Shown: in pieces, positions 61,962 through 64,000 of the stretch
Numbering within the stretch: position 1 is the first letter of the stretch
Layout of the letters: each line of letters begins with the position of its first letter
Origin: Macrostomum lignano
Taxonomy: Eukaryota
Direction: 5' to 3'
DNA: 64,000 nucleotides
Assembly: GCA_002269645.1 (NCBI GenBank)
Contig: NIVC01001070.1
Span: forward strand, 1-64,000
Notes under the pieces: model-generated
Told to the model about the DNA's origin: nothing
Seen by the model: the letters and a program-made list of their open reading frames with translations, nothing else
The model's database searches: none
Position numbers and translations under genes: made by a program

Positions 61962-64000
61962 TTAATGCTCCACAGTTTTGGAGCAGCTCAGACAGCGGAA
62001 GTTCACGTACAGGTGGGAGGACCGGGGCTGCGACAGCCTGGCTCTGAGCAGCGTCTGCGTGAACTTCGGCAGGAATTCAAAGCGAGGCTGTGCGCTGATG
62101 GGGAAGCAAAACCTCCATGCCCAGTCCACGCCCAGCGGGCACTTAAAGCTTTTGAGGCCGGATGTTTTGTTCCACTGGGTGTGCTGCTCCATCTGCCAGC
62201 CTGAGGATATGCTGCAGTACTGCAGGTTAACGCTGATTCTCTTAGCCTTCTCAGTTTCTCCGAACTTCAAGTGCGTCATGACCATCAGGCACGTGGTGGC
62301 GCATCGGCACCACTGCAAGCAGTCCAGATGACCCAGCTGCCTCGTCAGGGTTTCCTTATCGGCGGTGTCTGACTGCAGCTCTCGCAGGCAGTCGTGAATC
62401 ATGCTGAAGCCATCGATTAGGTGCTGGCGCGATCTGTAATCTGGCTCTCGAATTTGAGCAGTCACAGCTGGCAGCGGCTTCAGCGGCAGCAAAGTGAACG
62501 GGTGACAATAGAAACAGTCGGACTGCAAAGGTTGCACATGGCTCAGTAGGTGACCAACCACGATATTAATTGCATTTCTAAGCTCGTGCAGTCTGCTTCG
62601 AACTCTCGTCTTCGTGTCCTTAAAGTGTCTGCCGATGCCAGCATTCTTAAAGTACAACGGGGCGTCCTTCATAAAAAAGTGCGGCATGCACTCGTCAGGA
62701 GAGCGGCTCGAATCAATGAAGCGCAGCATCATTGTGAGCGAATCCTTCAACAGTTGGACGAGATTGTCCGGCTGCCAGGCTGCAGCGTTGGAGACGCCGT
62801 GCTTTTCCAGCATGAAGAAGAGCAGAGTCTTGGCATGGTAGGTCTTCAATCCGGGTGTCGCGAAGTTGTCTGGCAGAAGGCGCTTGAATATAAATTTGAT
62901 GATCGTGAACAGCTGGCCCTGAACTGTGCTGAGGTTTCTTAGAATGACCTTCTCTTGGAAGCTGAAACTCAATCTAAGCTCATTATCCATCTGGGGCCGC
63001 GTGGCGCTGACGAGATGCACTTTGCACTTCTCAGCCGACTCCACCAGTTGGATGCCGCCGTCTGTGAAGCCGCTGCAGCACTGGAATGCGTGGCACCTGT
63101 CCTGGGAGGGCCTGACGCCACTGGCTGGGGATCTGACAGCTGGCTGACTGCCTGTGTGAAATTGCATGACCACTCTGACGCGTTCAGTGCTTCACTTACA
63201 TATATGATTGTTTCTAAGGATTGCTGTGGCGGTAGTTTCTAATCCGTATGAAATTAGATTGTGCATCTTGTATCTGACAGGACATTAGAGACATATTGAT
63301 GTTGTGTTGTGTCTGACGGGACATTAGAGACATATTGATGTTGTGTTGTGTCTGACGGGACATTAGAGACATATTGATGTTGTGTTGTGTCTGACGGGAC
63401 ATTAGAGACATATTGATGTTGTGTTGTGTCTGACGGGACATTAGAGACATTAATGTTGTGTTGTGTCTGGCAGGACATTAAGGACATTAATGTTTTGTTG
63501 TGTCTGGCAGGACATTAGAGACATTGATGTTGTGTTGTGTCTGGCAGGACATTAGAGACATTGATGTTTTGTTGTGTCTGGTAGGACATTAGATCGAGAC
63601 ATTGATGTTGTGTTGTATCTGATAGGACATTAGAGACATTGATGTTGTGTTGTGTCTGGCAGGACATTAGAGACATATTGATGTTGTGTTGTGTCTGGCA
63701 GGACATTAGAGACATTGATGTTGTGTTGTGTCTGATGGGACACTAAGGACAACCGGAATATTCAGAAGCCTTTAGCAGTTATCAACAATCAATAATGATC
63801 AACTTCTTCGTTCACCCGTACCTGTTTCAACTGGCACCTGCGCGTGGCCCTGTATGACGGCGAGTTTTCTGGCATCTCTGCACTCGACGCCTCTGTTAGT
63901 GCAGCCGCCCTCAATGTGAAACTGCCTCCCAGAGACCATGACCGTCCAGTCAATGTCCGAGTCGGCAGCTGTTCTGCCGTTCAGCTGCACCAGACTGCTG
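61962..64000 (-). CDS. Mab-21 / cGAS-like nucleotidyltransferase (cGLR), 5'-truncated by the window; complement(join(61962..63151,63822..>64000))
   Basis: SDID (DxD) motif in the upstream exon; HLV...ELRLSFSFQEK.IL, IIKFIFK, LKTYHAKTLLFFMLE and CMPHFFM Mab-21 motifs. A 670-nt GT-AG intron (63152-63821) has matching phase 1 at both ends. Confidence 0.85.
63271..63745 (+). repeat. 37/39-bp minisatellite (about 13 units) in the cGLR intron
   Basis: Unit GACATTAGAGACATATTGATGTTGTGTTGTGTCTGACGG, with a 2-nt shorter variant. Confidence 0.95.

Overview
Repeat-rich animal genomic DNA. It has GT-AG introns and TTAGGG-type repeats, and the gene style suggests the flatworm Macrostomum or a similar invertebrate (inference only). 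(1) 1-24.1 kb: head-to-tail concatemer of non-autonomous Helitron-like units of 1.0-2.7 kb. Each ends in a 7-bp hairpin plus CTCGT, and the units carry short (CTAACC)n telomeric seeds and, in the long units, ~0.7-1.1 kb polypurine tracts; the ORFs here are spurious. (2) 24-37.5 kb: minisatellites, a (CTAT)n tract, a two-exon secreted WSC+PAN/Apple gene, an RTE-like RT fragment and a decayed Polinton capsid fragment. (3) 37685-47827, the highlight: a 10.1-kb Polinton/Maverick-like endogenous virus with 510/595-bp TIRs and a perfect 6-bp TSD (AAGGAT), inserted in a 16-bp satellite. It has intact integrase, penton, major capsid, adenain protease and packaging ATPase genes but no DNA polymerase. 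It also encodes a divergent two-repeat TBP-like protein, and a CTATAAATA-type motif precedes most of its genes, suggesting a self-encoded transcription module. (4) 49-58 kb: a Mutator/foldback-type element, a hAT-like MITE and a CpG-depleted transposase pseudogene. (5) An intact three-exon UAP56/DDX39B gene and the 3' part of a Mab-21/cGAS-like receptor gene, both with minisatellite-filled introns. All homology calls come from motif recognition by eye; no searches were run.
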